DNA of 64,000 bases, from the NCBI GenBank assembly GCA_964016885.1, contig OZ024743.1, positions 270,754,001 to 270,818,000 of the forward strand. The letters are read 5' to 3'. This document shows positions 1 to 15,700 of this stretch, piece by piece. The position numbers were made by a program, and so were the translations under genes. The notes beneath the pieces are model-generated. The model saw only the letters and a program-made list of their open reading frames with translations. It was not told the origin of the DNA and searched no databases. This DNA comes from Eledone cirrhosa. Its lineage: Eukaryota. The first letter of the stretch is position 1, and each line of letters opens with the position of its first letter.

Positions 1-3000
1 ATACCGCCAGAGTGATATACCGCCAGAGTAATATACAGCCAGAGTGATATACGGCCAGAGTGATATACAGCCAGAGTGATATACGGCCAGAGTGATATAC
101 AGCCAGAGTGATATACAGCCAGAGTGATATACCGCCAGAGTGATATACGGCCAGAGTGATATACCGCCAGAGTGATATACCGCCAGAGTGAAATACCGCC
201 AGAGTGATATACCGCCACAGTGATATACCGCCAGAGTGATATACCGCCAGAGTGTTATTTCGCCAGAGTGATATACCGCCAGAGTGATATACCGCCAGAG
301 TGATATACAGCCAGAGTGATATACAGCCAGAGTGATATACCGGCAGAGTGATATACCGCCAGAGTGATATACCGCCAGAGTGATATACCGCCAGAGTGAT
401 ATACCGCCAGAGTTATGTACCGCCAGAGTGATGTACAGCCAGAGTGATATACCGCCAGAGTGATATACCGCTAGAGTGATGTACAGCCAGAGTGATATAC
501 CGCCAGAGTGATATACCGCCAGAGTGATATACCGGCAGAGTGATATACAGCCAGAGTGATATTTCGCCAGAGTGATATACGGCCAGAGTGATATACCGCC
601 AGAGTGATATACCGCCAGAGTGATATACCGCCAGAGTGATATACAGCCAGAGTGATATACCGCCAGAGTGATATACCGCCAGAGTGATATACAGCCAGAG
701 TGATATACGGCCCGAGTGATATACCGCCAGAGTGATATACAGCCAGAGTGATATTTCGCCAGAGTGATATACCGCCAGAGTGATATACCGCCAGGGTGAT
801 ATACAGCCAGAGTGATATACAGCCAGAGTGATATACAGCCAGAGTGATATACCGCCAGAGTGATATGCCGCCAGAGTAATATACAGCCAGAGTGATATAC
901 CGCCAGTGTGATGTACCGCCAGAGTGATATACCGCCAGTGTCATATACCGCCAGAGTGATATACCGCTAGTGTGATATACCGCCAGAGTGATATACCGCC
1001 AGTGTGATATACCGCCAGAGTGATATACAGCCAGAGTGATATGCCGCCAGAGTGATATACCGCCAGAGTGATATACAGCCAGAGTGATATACCGCCAGAG
1101 TGATATACCGCCAGAGTGATATACAGCCAGAGTGATATACCGCCAGAGTGATATAGCGCCAGAGTGATGTACCGCCAGAGTGATATACCGCCAGAGTGAT
1201 ATAAAGCCTGCGTGATATACGGCCAGAGTGAAATACCGCCAAAGTAATATACCGCCAGAGTGATATACCGCCAGAGTGATATACACCCAGAGTGATATAC
1301 CGCCAGAGTGATATACAGCCAGAGTGATATACCGCCAGAGTGATGTACCGCCAGAGTGATATACCGCCAGAGTGATATTCGGCCAGAGTAATATACGGCC
1401 AGAGTTATATACAGCCAGAGTGATATACAGCCAGAGTGATATACAGCCAGAGTGATATACGGCCAGAGTGATATACAGCCAGAGTGATATACCGCCAGAG
1501 TGATATACGGCCAGAGTGATATACAGCCAGAGTGATATACAGCCAGAGTGATATACAGCCAGAGTGATATACCGCCAGAGTGATATACGGCCAGAGTGAT
1601 ATACAGCCAGATTGATATACCGCCAGATTGATATACAGCCAGAGTGATATACAGCCAGAGTGATATACAGCCAGAGTGATATACAGCCAGAGTGATATAC
1701 GCCAGAGTGATATACGGCCTGAGTGATATACAGCCAGAGTGATATACAGCCAGAGTGATATACAGCCAGAGTGATATACAGCCAGAGTGATATACAGCCA
1801 GAGTGATATACCGCCAGAGTGATATACGGCCAGAGTGATATACAGCCAGAGTGATATACAGCCAGAGTGATATACGGCCAGAGTGATATACAGCCAGAGT
1901 GATATACAGCCAGAGTGATATACAGCCAGAGTGATATACCGCCAGAGTAATATACCGCCAGAGTGATATACCGCCAGAGTGATATACCGCCAGAGTGATA
2001 TACCGCCAGAGTGATATACAGGCAGAGTGATATAACGCCAGAGTGATATACAGCCAGAGTGATATACCGCCAGAGTGATATACAGGCAGAGTGATATAAC
2101 GCCAGAGTGATATACCGCCAGAGTGATATACAGCCAGAGTGATATACAGACAGAGTGATATACGGCCAGAGTGATATACATCCAGAGTGATATACAGCCA
2201 GAGTGATATACCGCCAGAGTGATATACCGCCAGAGTGATATACCGCCAGAGTGATATACCGCCAGAGTGATATACAGCCAGAGTGATATACCGCCAGAGT
2301 AATATACCGCCAGAGTGATATACCGCCAGAATGATATACCGCCAGAGTGATATACCGCCAGAGTGATATACAGGCAGAGTGATATAACGCCAGAGTGATA
2401 TACAGCCAGAGTGATATACAGCCAGAGTGATATACCGCTAGAGTGATATACCGCCAGAGTGATATACCGCCAGAGTAATATACAGCCAGAGTGATATACA
2501 GCCAGAGTGATATACGGCCAGAGTGATATACGGCCAGAGTGATATACGGCCAGAGTGATATACAGCCAGAGTGATATACAGCCAGAGTGATATACGGCCA
2601 GAGTGATATACAGCCAGAGTGATATACAGCCAGAGTGATATACCGCCAGAGTGATATACAGCCAGAGAGATATACCGCCAGTGTGATATACCGCCAGAGT
2701 GATATACCGACAGAGTGATATACCGCCAGAGTAATATACCGCCAGAGTGATATACCGCCAGAGTGATATACCGCCAGAGTGATATACGGCCAGAGTGATA
2801 TACAGCCAGAGTGATATACCGCCAGAGTGATATACCGCCAGAGTAATATACAGCCAGAGTGATATACGGCCAGAGTGATATACAGCCAGAGTGATATACG
2901 GCCAGAGTGATATACAGCCAGAGTGATATACAGCCAGAGTGATATACCGCCAGAGTGATATACGGCCAGAGTGATATACCGCCAGAGTGATATACCGCCA

Positions 3001-6000
3001 GAGTGAAATACCGCCAGAGTGATATACCGCCACAGTGATATACCGCCAGAGTGATATACCGCCAGAGTGTTATTTCGCCAGAGTGATATACCGCCAGAGT
3101 GATATACCGCCAGAGTGATATACAGCCAGAGTGATATACAGCCAGAGTGATATACCGGCAGAGTGATATACCGCCAGAGTGATATACCGCCAGAGTGATA
3201 TACCGCCAGAGTGATATACCGCCAGAGTTATGTACCGCCAGAGTGATGTACAGCCAGAGTGATATACCGCCAGAGTGATATACCGCCAGAGTGATGTACA
3301 GCCAGAGTGATATACCGCCAGAGTGATATACCGCCAGAGTGATATACCGGCAGAGTGATATACAGCCAGAGTGATATTTCGCCAGAGTGATATACGGCCA
3401 GAGTGATATACCGCCAGAGTGATATACCGCCAGAGTGATATACCGCCAGAGTGATATACAGCCAGAGTGATATACCGCCAGAGTGATATACCGCCAGAGT
3501 GATATACAGCCAGAGTGATATACGGCCCGAGTGATATACCGCCAGAGTGATATACAGCCAGAGTGATATTTCGCCAGAGTGATATACCGCCAGAGTGATA
3601 TACCGCCAGGGTGATATACAGCCAGAGTGATATACAGCCAGAGTGATATACAGCCAGAGTGATATACCGCCAGAGTGATATGCCGCCAGAGTAATATACA
3701 GCCAGAGTGATATACCGCCAGTGTGATGTACCGCCAGAGTGATATACCGCCAGTGTCATATACCGCCAGAGTGATATACCGCTAGTGTGATATACCGCCA
3801 GAGTGATATACCGCCAGTGTGATATACCGCCAGAGTGATATACAGCCAGAGTGATATGCCGCCAGAGTGATATACCGCCAGAGTGATATACAGCCAGAGT
3901 GATATACCGCCAGAGTGATATACCGCCAGAGTGATATACAGCCAGAGTGATATACCGCCAGAGTGATATAGCGCCAGAGTGATGTACCGCCAGAGTGATA
4001 TACCGCCAGAGTGATATAAAGCCTGCGTGATATACGGCCAGAGTGAAATACCGCCAAAGTAATATACCGCCAGAGTGATATACCGCCAGAGTGATATACA
4101 CCCAGAGTGATATACCGCCAGAGTGATATACAGCCAGAGTGATATACCGCCAGAGTGATGTACCGCCAGAGTGATATACCGCCAGAGTGATATTCGGCCA
4201 GAGTAATATACGGCCAGAGTTATATACAGCCAGAGTGATATACAGCCAGAGTGATATACAGCCAGAGTGATATACGGCCAGAGTGATATACAGCCAAAGT
4301 GATATACCGCCAGAGTGATATACGGCCAGAGTGATATACAGCCAGAGTGATATACAGCCAGAGTGATATACAGCCAGAGTGATATACCGCCAGAGTGATA
4401 TACGGCCAGAGTGATATACAGCCAGATTGATATACCGCCAGATTGATATACAGCCAGAGTGATATACAGCCAGAGTGATATACAGCCAGAGTGATATACA
4501 GCCAGAGTGATATACGCCAGAGTGATATACGGCCTGAGTGATATACAGCCAGAGTGATATACAGCCAGAGTGATATACAGCCAGAGTGATATACAGCCAG
4601 AGTGATATACAGCCAGAGTGATATACCGCCAGAGTGATATACGGCCAGAGTGATATACAGCCAGAGTGATATACAGCCAGAGTGATATACGGCCAGAGTG
4701 ATATACAGCCAGAGTGATATACAGCCAGAGTGATATACAGCCAGAGTGATATACCGCCAGAGTAATATACCGCCAGAGTGATATACCGCCAGAGTGATAT
4801 ACCGCCAGAGTGATATACCGCCAGAGTGATATACAGGCAGAGTGATATAACGCCAGAGTGATATACAGCCAGAGTGATATACCGCCAGAGTGATATACAG
4901 GCAGAGTGATATAACGCCAGAGTGATATACCGCCAGAGTGATATACAGCCAGAGTGATATACAGACAGAGTGATATACGGCCAGAGTGATATACATCCAG
5001 AGTGATATACAGCCAGAGTGATATACCGCCAGAGTGATACACCGCCAGAGTGATATACCGCCAGAGTTATATACCGCCAGAGTGATATACAGCCAGAGTG
5101 ATATACCGCCAGAGTAATATACCGCCAGAGTGATATACCGCCAGAGTGATATACCGCCAGAGTGATATACCGCCAGAGTGATATACAGGCAGAGTGATAT
5201 AACGCCAGAGTGATATACAGCCAGAGTGATATACAGCCAGAGTGATATACCGCTAGAGTGATATACCGCCAGAGTGATATACCGCCAGAGTAATATACAG
5301 CCAGAGTGATATACAGCCAGAGTGATATACGGCCAGAGTGATATACGGCCAGAGTGATATACGGCCAGAGTGATATACAGCCAGAGTGATATACAGCCAG
5401 AGTGATATACGGCCAGAGTGATATACAGCCAGAGTGATATACAGCCAGAGTGATATACCGCCAGAGTGATATACAGCCAGAGAGATATACCGCCAGTGTG
5501 ATATACCGCCAGAGTGATATACCGACAGAGTGATATACCGCCAGAGTAATATACCGCCAGAGTGATATACCGCCAGAGTGATATACCGCCAGAGTGATAT
5601 ACGGCCAGAGTGATATACAGCCAGAGTGATATACCGCCAGAGTGATATACCGCCAGAATAATATACAGCCAGAGTGATATACGGCCAGAGTGATATACAG
5701 CCAGAGTGATATACGGCCAGAGTGATATACAGCCAGAGTGATATACAGCCAGAGTGATATACCGCCAGAGTGATATACGGCCAGAGTGATATACCGCCAG
5801 AGTGATATACCGCCAGAGTGAAATTCCGCCAGAGTGATATACCGCCACAGTGATATACCGCCAGAGTGATATACCGCCAGAGTGTTATTTCGCCAGAGTG
5901 ATATACCGCCAGAGTGATATACCGCCAGAGTGATATACAGCCAGAGTGATATACAGCCAGAGTGATATACCGGCAGAGTGATATACCGCCAGAGTGATAT

Positions 6001-6700
6001 ACCGCCTGAGTGATATACCGCCAGAGTGATATACCGCCAGAGTTATGTACCGCCAGAGTGATGTACAGCCAGAGTGATATACCGCCAGAGTGATATACCG
6101 CCAGAGTGATGTACAGCCAGAGTGATATACCGCCAGAGTGATATACCGCCAGAGTGATATACCGGCAGAGTGATATACAGCCAGAGTGATATTTCGCCAG
6201 AGTGATATACGGCCAGAGTGATATACCGCCAGAGTGATATACCGCCAGAGTGATATACCGCCAGAGTGATATACAGCCAGAGTGATATACCGCCAGAGTG
6301 ATATACCGCCAGAGTGATATACAGCCAGAGTGATATACGGCCCGAGTGATATACCGCCAGAGTGATATACAGCCAGAGTGATATTTCGCCAGAGTGATAT
6401 ACCGCCAGAGTGATATACCGCCAGGGTGATATACAGCCAGAGTGATATACAGCCAGAGTGATATACAGCCAGAGTGATATACCGCCAGAGTGATATGCCG
6501 CCAGAGTAATATACAGCCAGAGTGATATACTGCCAGTGTGATGTACCGCCAGAGTGATATACCGCCAGTGTCATATACCGCCAGAGTGATATACCGCTAG
6601 TGTGATATACCGCCAGAGTGATATACCGCCAGTGTGATATACCGCCAGAGTGATATACAGCCAGAGTGATATGCCGCCAGAGTGATATACCGCCAGAGTG
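1..6700. repeat. HOR A: 2815-bp unit (176 monomers, one of them 15 bp), about 2.4 tandem copies
   Basis: Rare variants recur at +2815: GTGTTATTTCGCC (252, 3067, 5882), AAAGCCTGCGTG (about 1203, 4018), 15-bp monomer GATATACGCCAG (about 1694, 4509). ORFs 967..1242/3782..4057 and 1405..3033/4220..5848 are offset by exactly 2815. Confidence 0.95.
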
Positions 6701-9700
6701 ATATACAGCCAGTGTGATATACCGCCAGAGTGATATACCGCCAGTGTAATATACCGCCAGAGTGATATACAGCCAGAGTGATATACCGCCAGAGTGATAT
6801 ACCGCCAGAGTGATATACAGCCAGAGTGATATACAGCCAGAGTGATATACAGCCAGAGTGATATACCGCCAGAGTGATATACCGCCTCAGTTATATACCG
6901 CCAGAGTGATATACAGCCAGAGTGATATACCGCCAGAGTTATATACCGCCAGAGTGATATACCGCCAGAGAGATATACCGCCAGAGTGATATACAGCCAG
7001 AGTGATATACCGCCAGAGTGATATAACGCCAGAGTTATATACAGCCAGAGTGATATACCGCCAGAGTGATATACCGCCAGAGTGATATACCGCCAGTGTG
7101 ATATACAGCCAGAGTGATATACAGCCAGAGTGATCTACCGCCAGAGTGATATACCGCCAGAATGATAGACCGCCGGAGTGATATACAGCCAGAGTGATAA
7201 AACGCCAGAGTGATATACAGCCAGAGTGATATACCGCCAGAATGATATACAGCCAGAGTGATATACCGCCAGAGTGATATACCGCCAGAGTGATATACCG
7301 CCAGAGTGATATACCGCCAGAGTGATATTTCGCCAGAGTGATATGCCGCCAGAGTGATATCCCGCCAGAGTGATATACCGCCAGAGTGATATACAGCCAG
7401 AGTGATATACCGCCAGGATGATATACCGCCAGTGTGATATACCGCCTGAGTGATATACCGCCAGAGTGATATACAGCCAGAGTGATATACCGCCAGAGTG
7501 ATATACCGCCAGAGTGATATACAGCCAGAGTGATATACAGCCAGAGTGATATACAGCCAGAGTGATATACCGCCAGAGTGATATACCGCCTCAGTTATAT
7601 ACCGCCAGAGTGATATACAGCCAGAGTGATATACCGCCAGAGTTATATACCGCCAGAGTGATATACCGCCAGAGTGATATACAGCCAGAGTGATATACCG
7701 CCAGAGTGATATAACGCCAGAGTTATATACAGCCAGAGTGATATACCGCCAGAGTGATATACCGCCAGAGTGATATACCGCCAGTGTGATATACAGCCTG
7801 AGTGATATACAGCCAGAGTGATCTAACGCCAGAGTGATATACCGCCAGAATGATAGACCGCCGGAGTGGTATACAGCCAGAGTGATATAACGCCAGAGTG
7901 ATATACCGCCAGAGTCATATACCGCCAGAGTGATATACCGCCAGAGTGATATTTCGCCAGAGTGATATACCGCCAGTGTGATATCCCGCCAGAGTGATAT
8001 ACCGCCAGAGTGATATACATGCCAGAGTGATATACCGCCAGGATGATATACCGCCAGTGTGATATACCGCCTGAGTGATATACCGCCAGAGTGATATACA
8101 GCCAGAATGATATACCGCCAGAGTGATATACCGCCAGAGTGATATTTCGCCAGAGTGATATACCGCCAGAGTGATATACCGCCAGAGTGATATACCGCCA
8201 GAGTGATATACCGCCAGAGTGATATACCGTCAGAGTGATATACAGCCAGAGTGATATTTCGCCAGAGTGATATACCGCCAGAGTGATATGCCGCCGGAGT
8301 GATATACCGCCAGAGTGATATACAGCCAGAGTGATATACCGCCAGAGTGATATACCGCCAGAGTGATATACAGCCAGTGTGATATGCCGCCAGAGTGATA
8401 TACCGCCAGAGTGATATACAGCTAATTTGATATACCGCCAGAGTGATATACAGCCAGAGTGATATACCGCCAGAGTGATATACAGCCAGAGTGATATACC
8501 GCCAGTGTGATATACCGCCAGAGTGATATACCGCCAGTGTGATGTACCGCCAGAGTGATATACCGCCAGTGTGATATACAGCCAGAGTGATATACCGCCA
8601 GTGTGATATACCGCCAGAGTGATATACCGCCAGTGTCATATACCGCCAGAGTGATATACAGCCAGAGTGATATACCGCCAGAGTGATATACCGCCAGAGT
8701 GATATACCGCCAGAGTGATATACCGCCAGAGTTATGTACCGCCAGAGTGATGTACAGCCAGAGTGATATACCGCCAGAGTGATATACCGCTAGAGTGATG
8801 TACAGCCAGAGTGATATACCGCCAGAGTGATATACCGCCAGAGTGATATACCGGCAGAGTGATATACAGCCAGAGTGATATTTCGCCAGAGTGATATACG
8901 GCCAGAGTGATATACCGCCAGAGTGATATACCGCCAGAGTGATATACCGCCAGAGTGATATACAGCCAGAGTGATATACCGCCAGAGTGATATACCGCCA
9001 GAGTGATATACAGCCAGAGTGATATACGGCCCGAGTGATATACCGCCAGAGTGATATACAGCCAGAGTGATATTTCGCCAGAGTGATATACCGCCAGAGT
9101 GATATACCGCCAGGGTGATATACAGCCAGAGTGATATACAGCCAGAGTGATATACAGCCAGAGTGATATACCGCCAGAGTGATATGCCGCCAGAGTAATA
9201 TACAGCCAGAGTGATATACCGCCAGTGTGATGTACCGCCAGAGTGATATACCGCCAGTGTCATATACCGCCAGAGTGATATACCGCTAGTGTGATATACC
9301 GCCAGAGTGATATACCGCCAGTGTGATATACCGCCAGAGTGATATACAGCCAGAGTGATATGCCGCCAGAGTGATATACCGCCAGAGTGATATACAGCCA
9401 GAGTGATATACCGCCAGAGTGATATACCGCCAGAGTGATATACAGCCAGAGTGATATACCGCCAGAGTGATATAGCGCCAGAGTGATGTACCGCCAGAGT
9501 GATATACCGCCAGAGTGATATAAAGCCTGCGTGATATACGGCCAGAGTGAAATACCGCCAAAGTAATATACCGCCAGAGTGATATACCGCCAGAGTGATA
9601 TACACCCAGAGTGATATACCGCCAGAGTGATATACAGCCAGAGTGATATACCGCCAGAGTGATGTACCGCCAGAGTGATATACCGCCAGAGTGATATTCG

Positions 9701-12700
9701 GCCAGAGTAATATACGGCCAGAGTTATATACAGCCAGAGTGATATACAGCCAGAGTGATATACAGCCAGAGTGATATACGGCCAGAGTGATATACAGCCA
9801 GAGTGATATACCGCCAGAGTGATATACGGCCAGAGTGATATACAGCCAGAGTGATATACAGCCAGAGTGATATACAGCCAGAGTGATATACCGCCAGAGT
9901 GATATACGGCCAGAGTGATATACAGCCAGATTGATATACCGCCAGATTGATATACAGCCAGAGTGATATACAGCCAGAGTGATATACAGCCAGAGTGATA
10001 TACAGCCAGAGTGATATACGCCAGAGTGATATACGGCCTGAGTGATATACAGCCAGAGTGATATACAGCCAGAGTGATATACAGCCAGAGTGATATACAG
10101 CCAGAGTGATATACAGCCAGAGTGATATACCGCCAGAGTGATATACGGCCAGAGTGATATACAGCCAGAGTGATATACAGCCAGAGTGATATACGGCCAG
10201 AGTGATATACAGCCAGAGTGATATACAGCCAGAGTGATATACAGCCAGAGTGATATACCGCCAGAGTAATATACCGCCAGAGTGATATACCGCCAGAGTG
10301 ATATACCGCCAGAGTGATATACCGCCAGAGTGATATACAGGCAGAGTGATATAACGCCAGAGTGATATACAGCCAGAGTGATATACCGCCAGAGTGATAT
10401 ACAGGCAGAGTGATATAACGCCAGAGTGATATACCGCCAGAGTGATATACAGCCAGAGTGATATACAGACAGAGTGATATACGGCCAGAGTGATATACAT
10501 CCAGAGTGATATACAGCCAGAGTGATATACCGCCAGAGTGATATACCGCCAGAGTGATATACCGCCAGAGTGATATACCGCCAGAGTGATATACAGCCAG
10601 AGTGATATACCGCCAGAGTAATATACCGCCAGAGTGATATACCGCCAGAGTGATATACCGCCAGAGTGATATACCGCCAGAGTGATATACAGGCAGAGTG
10701 ATATAACGCCAGAGTGATATACAGCCAGAGTGATATACAGCCAGAGTGATATACCGCTAGAGTGATATACCGCCAGAGTGATATACCGCCAGAGTAATAT
10801 ACAGCCAGAGTGATATACAGCCAGAGTGATATACGGCCAGAGTGATATACGGCCAGAGTGATATACGGCCAGAGTGATATACAGCCAGAGTGATATACAG
10901 CCAGAGTGATATACGGCCAGAGTGATATACAGCCAGAGTGATATACAGCCAGAGTGATATACCGCCAGAGTGATATACAGCCAGAGAGATATACCGCCAG
11001 TGTGATATACCGCCAGAGTGATATACCGACAGAGTGATATACCGCCAGAGTAATATACCGCCAGAGTGATATACCGCCAGAGTGATATACCGCCAGAGTG
11101 ATATACGGCCAGAGTGATATACAGCCAGAGTGATATACCGCCAGAGTGATATACCGCCAGAGTAATATACAGCCAGAGTGATATACGGCCAGAGTGATAT
11201 ACAGCCAGAGTGATATACGGCCAGAGTGATATACAGCCAGAGTGATATACAGCCAGAGTGATATACCGCCAGAGTGATATACGGCCAGAGTGATATACCG
11301 CCAGAGTGATATACCGCCAGAGTGAAATACCGCCAGAGTGATATACCGCCACAGTGATATACCGCCAGAGTGATATACCGCCAGAGTGTTATTTCGCCAG
11401 AGTGATATACCGCCAGAGTGATATACCGCCAGAGTGATATACAGCCAGAGTGATATACAGCCAGAGTGATATACCGGCAGAGTGATATACCGCCAGAGTG
11501 ATATACCGCCAGAGTGATATACCGCCAGAGTGATATACCGCCAGAGTTATGTACCGCCAGAGTGATGTACAGCCAGAGTGATATACCGCCAGAGTGATAT
11601 ACCGCCAGAGTGATGTACAGCCAGAGTGATATACCGCCAGAGTGATATACCGCCAGAGTGATATACCGGCAGAGTGATATACAGCCAGAGTGATATTTCG
11701 CCAGAGTGATATACGGCCAGAGTGATATACCGCCAGAGTGATATACCGCCAGAGTGATATACCGCCAGAGTGATATACAGCCAGAGTGATATACCGCCAG
11801 AGTGATATACCGCCAGAGTGATATACAGCCAGAGTGATATACGGCCCGAGTGATATACCGCCAGAGTGATATACAGCCAGAGTGATATTTCGCCAGAGTG
11901 ATATACCGCCAGAGTGATATACCGCCAGGGTGATATACAGCCAGAGTGATATACAGCCAGAGTGATATACAGCCAGAGTGATATACCGCCAGAGTGATAT
12001 GCCGCCAGAGTAATATACAGCCAGAGTGATATACCGCCAGTGTGATGTACCGCCAGAGTGATATACCGCCAGTGTCATATACCGCCAGAGTGATATACCG
12101 CTAGTGTGATATACCGCCAGAGTGATATACCGCCAGTGTGATATACCGCCAGAGTGATATACAGCCAGAGTGATATGCCGCCAGAGTGATATACCGCCAG
12201 AGTGATATACAGCCAGAGTGATATACCGCCAGAGTGATATACCGCCAGAGTGATATACAGCCAGAGTGATATACCGCCAGAGTGATATAGCGCCAGAGTG
12301 ATGTACCGCCAGAGTGATATACCGCCAGAGTGATATAAAGCCTGCGTGATATACGGCCAGAGTGAAATACCGCCAAAGTAATATACCGCCAGAGTGATAT
12401 ACCGCCAGAGTGATATACACCCAGAGTGATATACCGCCAGAGTGATATACAGCCAGAGTGATATACCGCCAGAGTGATGTACCGCCAGAGTGATATACCG
12501 CCAGAGTGATATTCGGCCAGAGTAATATACGGCCAGAGTTATATACAGCCAGAGTGATATACAGCCAGAGTGATATACAGCCAGAGTGATATACGGCCAG
12601 AGTGATATACAGCCAGAGTGATATACCGCCAGAGTGATATACGGCCAGAGTGATATACAGCCAGAGTGATATACAGCCAGAGTGATATACAGCCAGAGTG

Positions 12701-15700
12701 ATATACCGCCAGAGTGATATACGGCCAGAGTGATATACAGCCAGATTGATATACCGCCAGATTGATATACAGCCAGAGTGATATACAGCCAGAGTGATAT
12801 ACAGCCAGAGTGATATACAGCCAGAGTGATATACGCCAGAGTGATATACGGCCTGAGTGATATACAGCCAGAGTGATATACAGCCAGAGTGATATACAGC
12901 CAGAGTGATATACAGCCAGAGTGATATACAGCCAGAGTGATATACCGCCAGAGTGATATACGGCCAGAGTGATATACAGCCAGAGTGATATACAGCCAGA
13001 GTGATATACGGCCAGAGTGATATACAGCCAGAGTGATATACAGCCAGAGTGATATACAGCCAGAGTGATATACCGCCAGAGTAATATACCGCCAGAGTGA
13101 TATACCGCCAGAGTGATATACCGCCAGAGTGATATACCGCCAGAGTGATATACAGGCAGAGTGATATAACGCCAGAGTGATATACAGCCAGAGTGATATA
13201 CCGCCAGAGTGATATACAGGCAGAGTGATATAACGCCAGAGTGATATACCGCCAGAGTGATATACAGCCAGAGTGATATACAGACAGAGTGATATACGGC
13301 CAGAGTGATATACATCCAGAGTGATATACAGCCAGAGTGATATACCGCCAGAGTGATACACCGCCAGAGTGATATACCGCCAGAGTTATATACCGCCAGA
13401 GTGATATACAGCCAGAGTGATATACCGCCAGAGTAATATACCGCCAGAGTGATATACCGCCAGAGTGATATACCGCCAGAGTGATATACCGCCAGAGTGA
13501 TATACAGGCAGAGTGATATAACGCCAGAGTGATATACAGCCAGAGTGATATACAGCCAGAGTGATATACCGCTAGAGTGATATACCGCCAGAGTGATATA
13601 CCGCCAGAGTAATATACAGCCAGAGTGATATACAGCCAGAGTGATATACGGCCAGAGTGATATACGGCCAGAGTGATATACGGCCAGAGTGATATACAGC
13701 CAGAGTGATATACAGCCAGAGTGATATACGGCCAGAGTGATATACAGCCAGAGTGATATACAGCCAGAGTGATATACCGCCAGAGTGATATACAGCCAGA
13801 GAGATATACCGCCAGTGTGATATACCGCCAGAGTGATATACCGACAGAGTGATATACCGCCAGAGTAATATACCGCCAGAGTGATATACCGCCAGAGTGA
13901 TATACCGCCAGAGTGATATACGGCCAGAGTGATATACAGCCAGAGTGATATACCGCCAGAGTGATATACCGCCAGAATAATATACAGCCAGAGTGATATA
14001 CGGCCAGAGTGATATACAGCCAGAGTGATATACGGCCAGAGTGATATACAGCCAGAGTGATATACAGCCAGAGTGATATACCGCCAGAGTGATATACGGC
14101 CAGAGTGATATACCGCCAGAGTGATATACCGCCAGAGTGAAATTCCGCCAGAGTGATATACCGCCACAGTGATATACCGCCAGAGTGATATACCGCCAGA
14201 GTGTTATTTCGCCAGAGTGATATACCGCCAGAGTGATATACCGCCAGAGTGATATACAGCCAGAGTGATATACAGCCAGAGTGATATACCGGCAGAGTGA
14301 TATACCGCCAGAGTGATATACCGCCTGAGTGATATACCGCCAGAGTGATATACCGCCAGAGTTATGTACCGCCAGAGTGATGTACAGCCAGAGTGATATA
14401 CCGCCAGAGTGATATACCGCCAGAGTGATGTACAGCCAGAGTGATATACCGCCAGAGTGATATACCGCCAGAGTGATATACCGGCAGAGTGATATACAGC
14501 CAGAGTGATATTTCGCCAGAGTGATATACGGCCAGAGTGATATACCGCCAGAGTGATATACCGCCAGAGTGATATACCGCCAGAGTGATATACAGCCAGA
14601 GTGATATACCGCCAGAGTGATATACCGCCAGAGTGATATACAGCCAGAGTGATATACGGCCCGAGTGATATACCGCCAGAGTGATATACAGCCAGAGTGA
14701 TATTTCGCCAGAGTGATATACCGCCAGAGTGATATACCGCCAGGGTGATATACAGCCAGAGTGATATACAGCCAGAGTGATATACAGCCAGAGTGATATA
14801 CCGCCAGAGTGATATGCCGCCAGAGTAATATACAGCCAGAGTGATATACTGCCAGTGTGATGTACCGCCAGAGTGATATACCGCCAGTGTCATATACCGC
14901 CAGAGTGATATACCGCTAGTGTGATATACCGCCAGAGTGATATACCGCCAGTGTGATATACCGCCAGAGTGATATACAGCCAGAGTGATATGCCGCCAGA
15001 GTGATATACCGCCAGAGTGATATACAGCCAGTGTGATATACCGCCAGAGTGATATACCGCCAGTGTGATATACCGCCAGAGTGATATACAGCCAGAGTGA
15101 TATACCGCCAGAGTGATATACCGCCAGAGTGATATACAGCCAGAGTGATATACAGCCAGAGTGATATACAGCCAGAGTGATATACCGCCAGAGTGATATA
15201 CCGCCTCAGTTATATACCGCCAGAGTGATATACAGCCAGAGTGATATACCGCCAGAGTTATATACCGCCAGAGTGATATACCGCCAGAGAGATATACCGC
15301 CAGAGTGATATACAGCCAGAGTGATATACCGCCAGAGTGATATAACGCCAGAGTTATATACAGCCAGAGTGATATACCGCCAGAGTGATATACCGCCAGA
15401 GTGATATACCGCCAGTGTGATATACAGCCAGAGTGATATACAGCCAGAGTGATCTACCGCCAGAGTGATATACCGCCAGAATGATAGACCGCCGGAGTGA
15501 TATACAGCCAGAGTGATAAAACGCCAGAGTGATATACAGCCAGAGTGATATACCGCCAGAATGATATACAGCCAGAGTGATATACCGCCAGAGTGATATA
15601 CCGCCAGAGTGATATACCGCCAGAGTGATATACCGCCAGAGTGATATTTCGCCAGAGTGATATGCCGCCAGAGTGATATCCCGCCAGAGTGATATACCGC

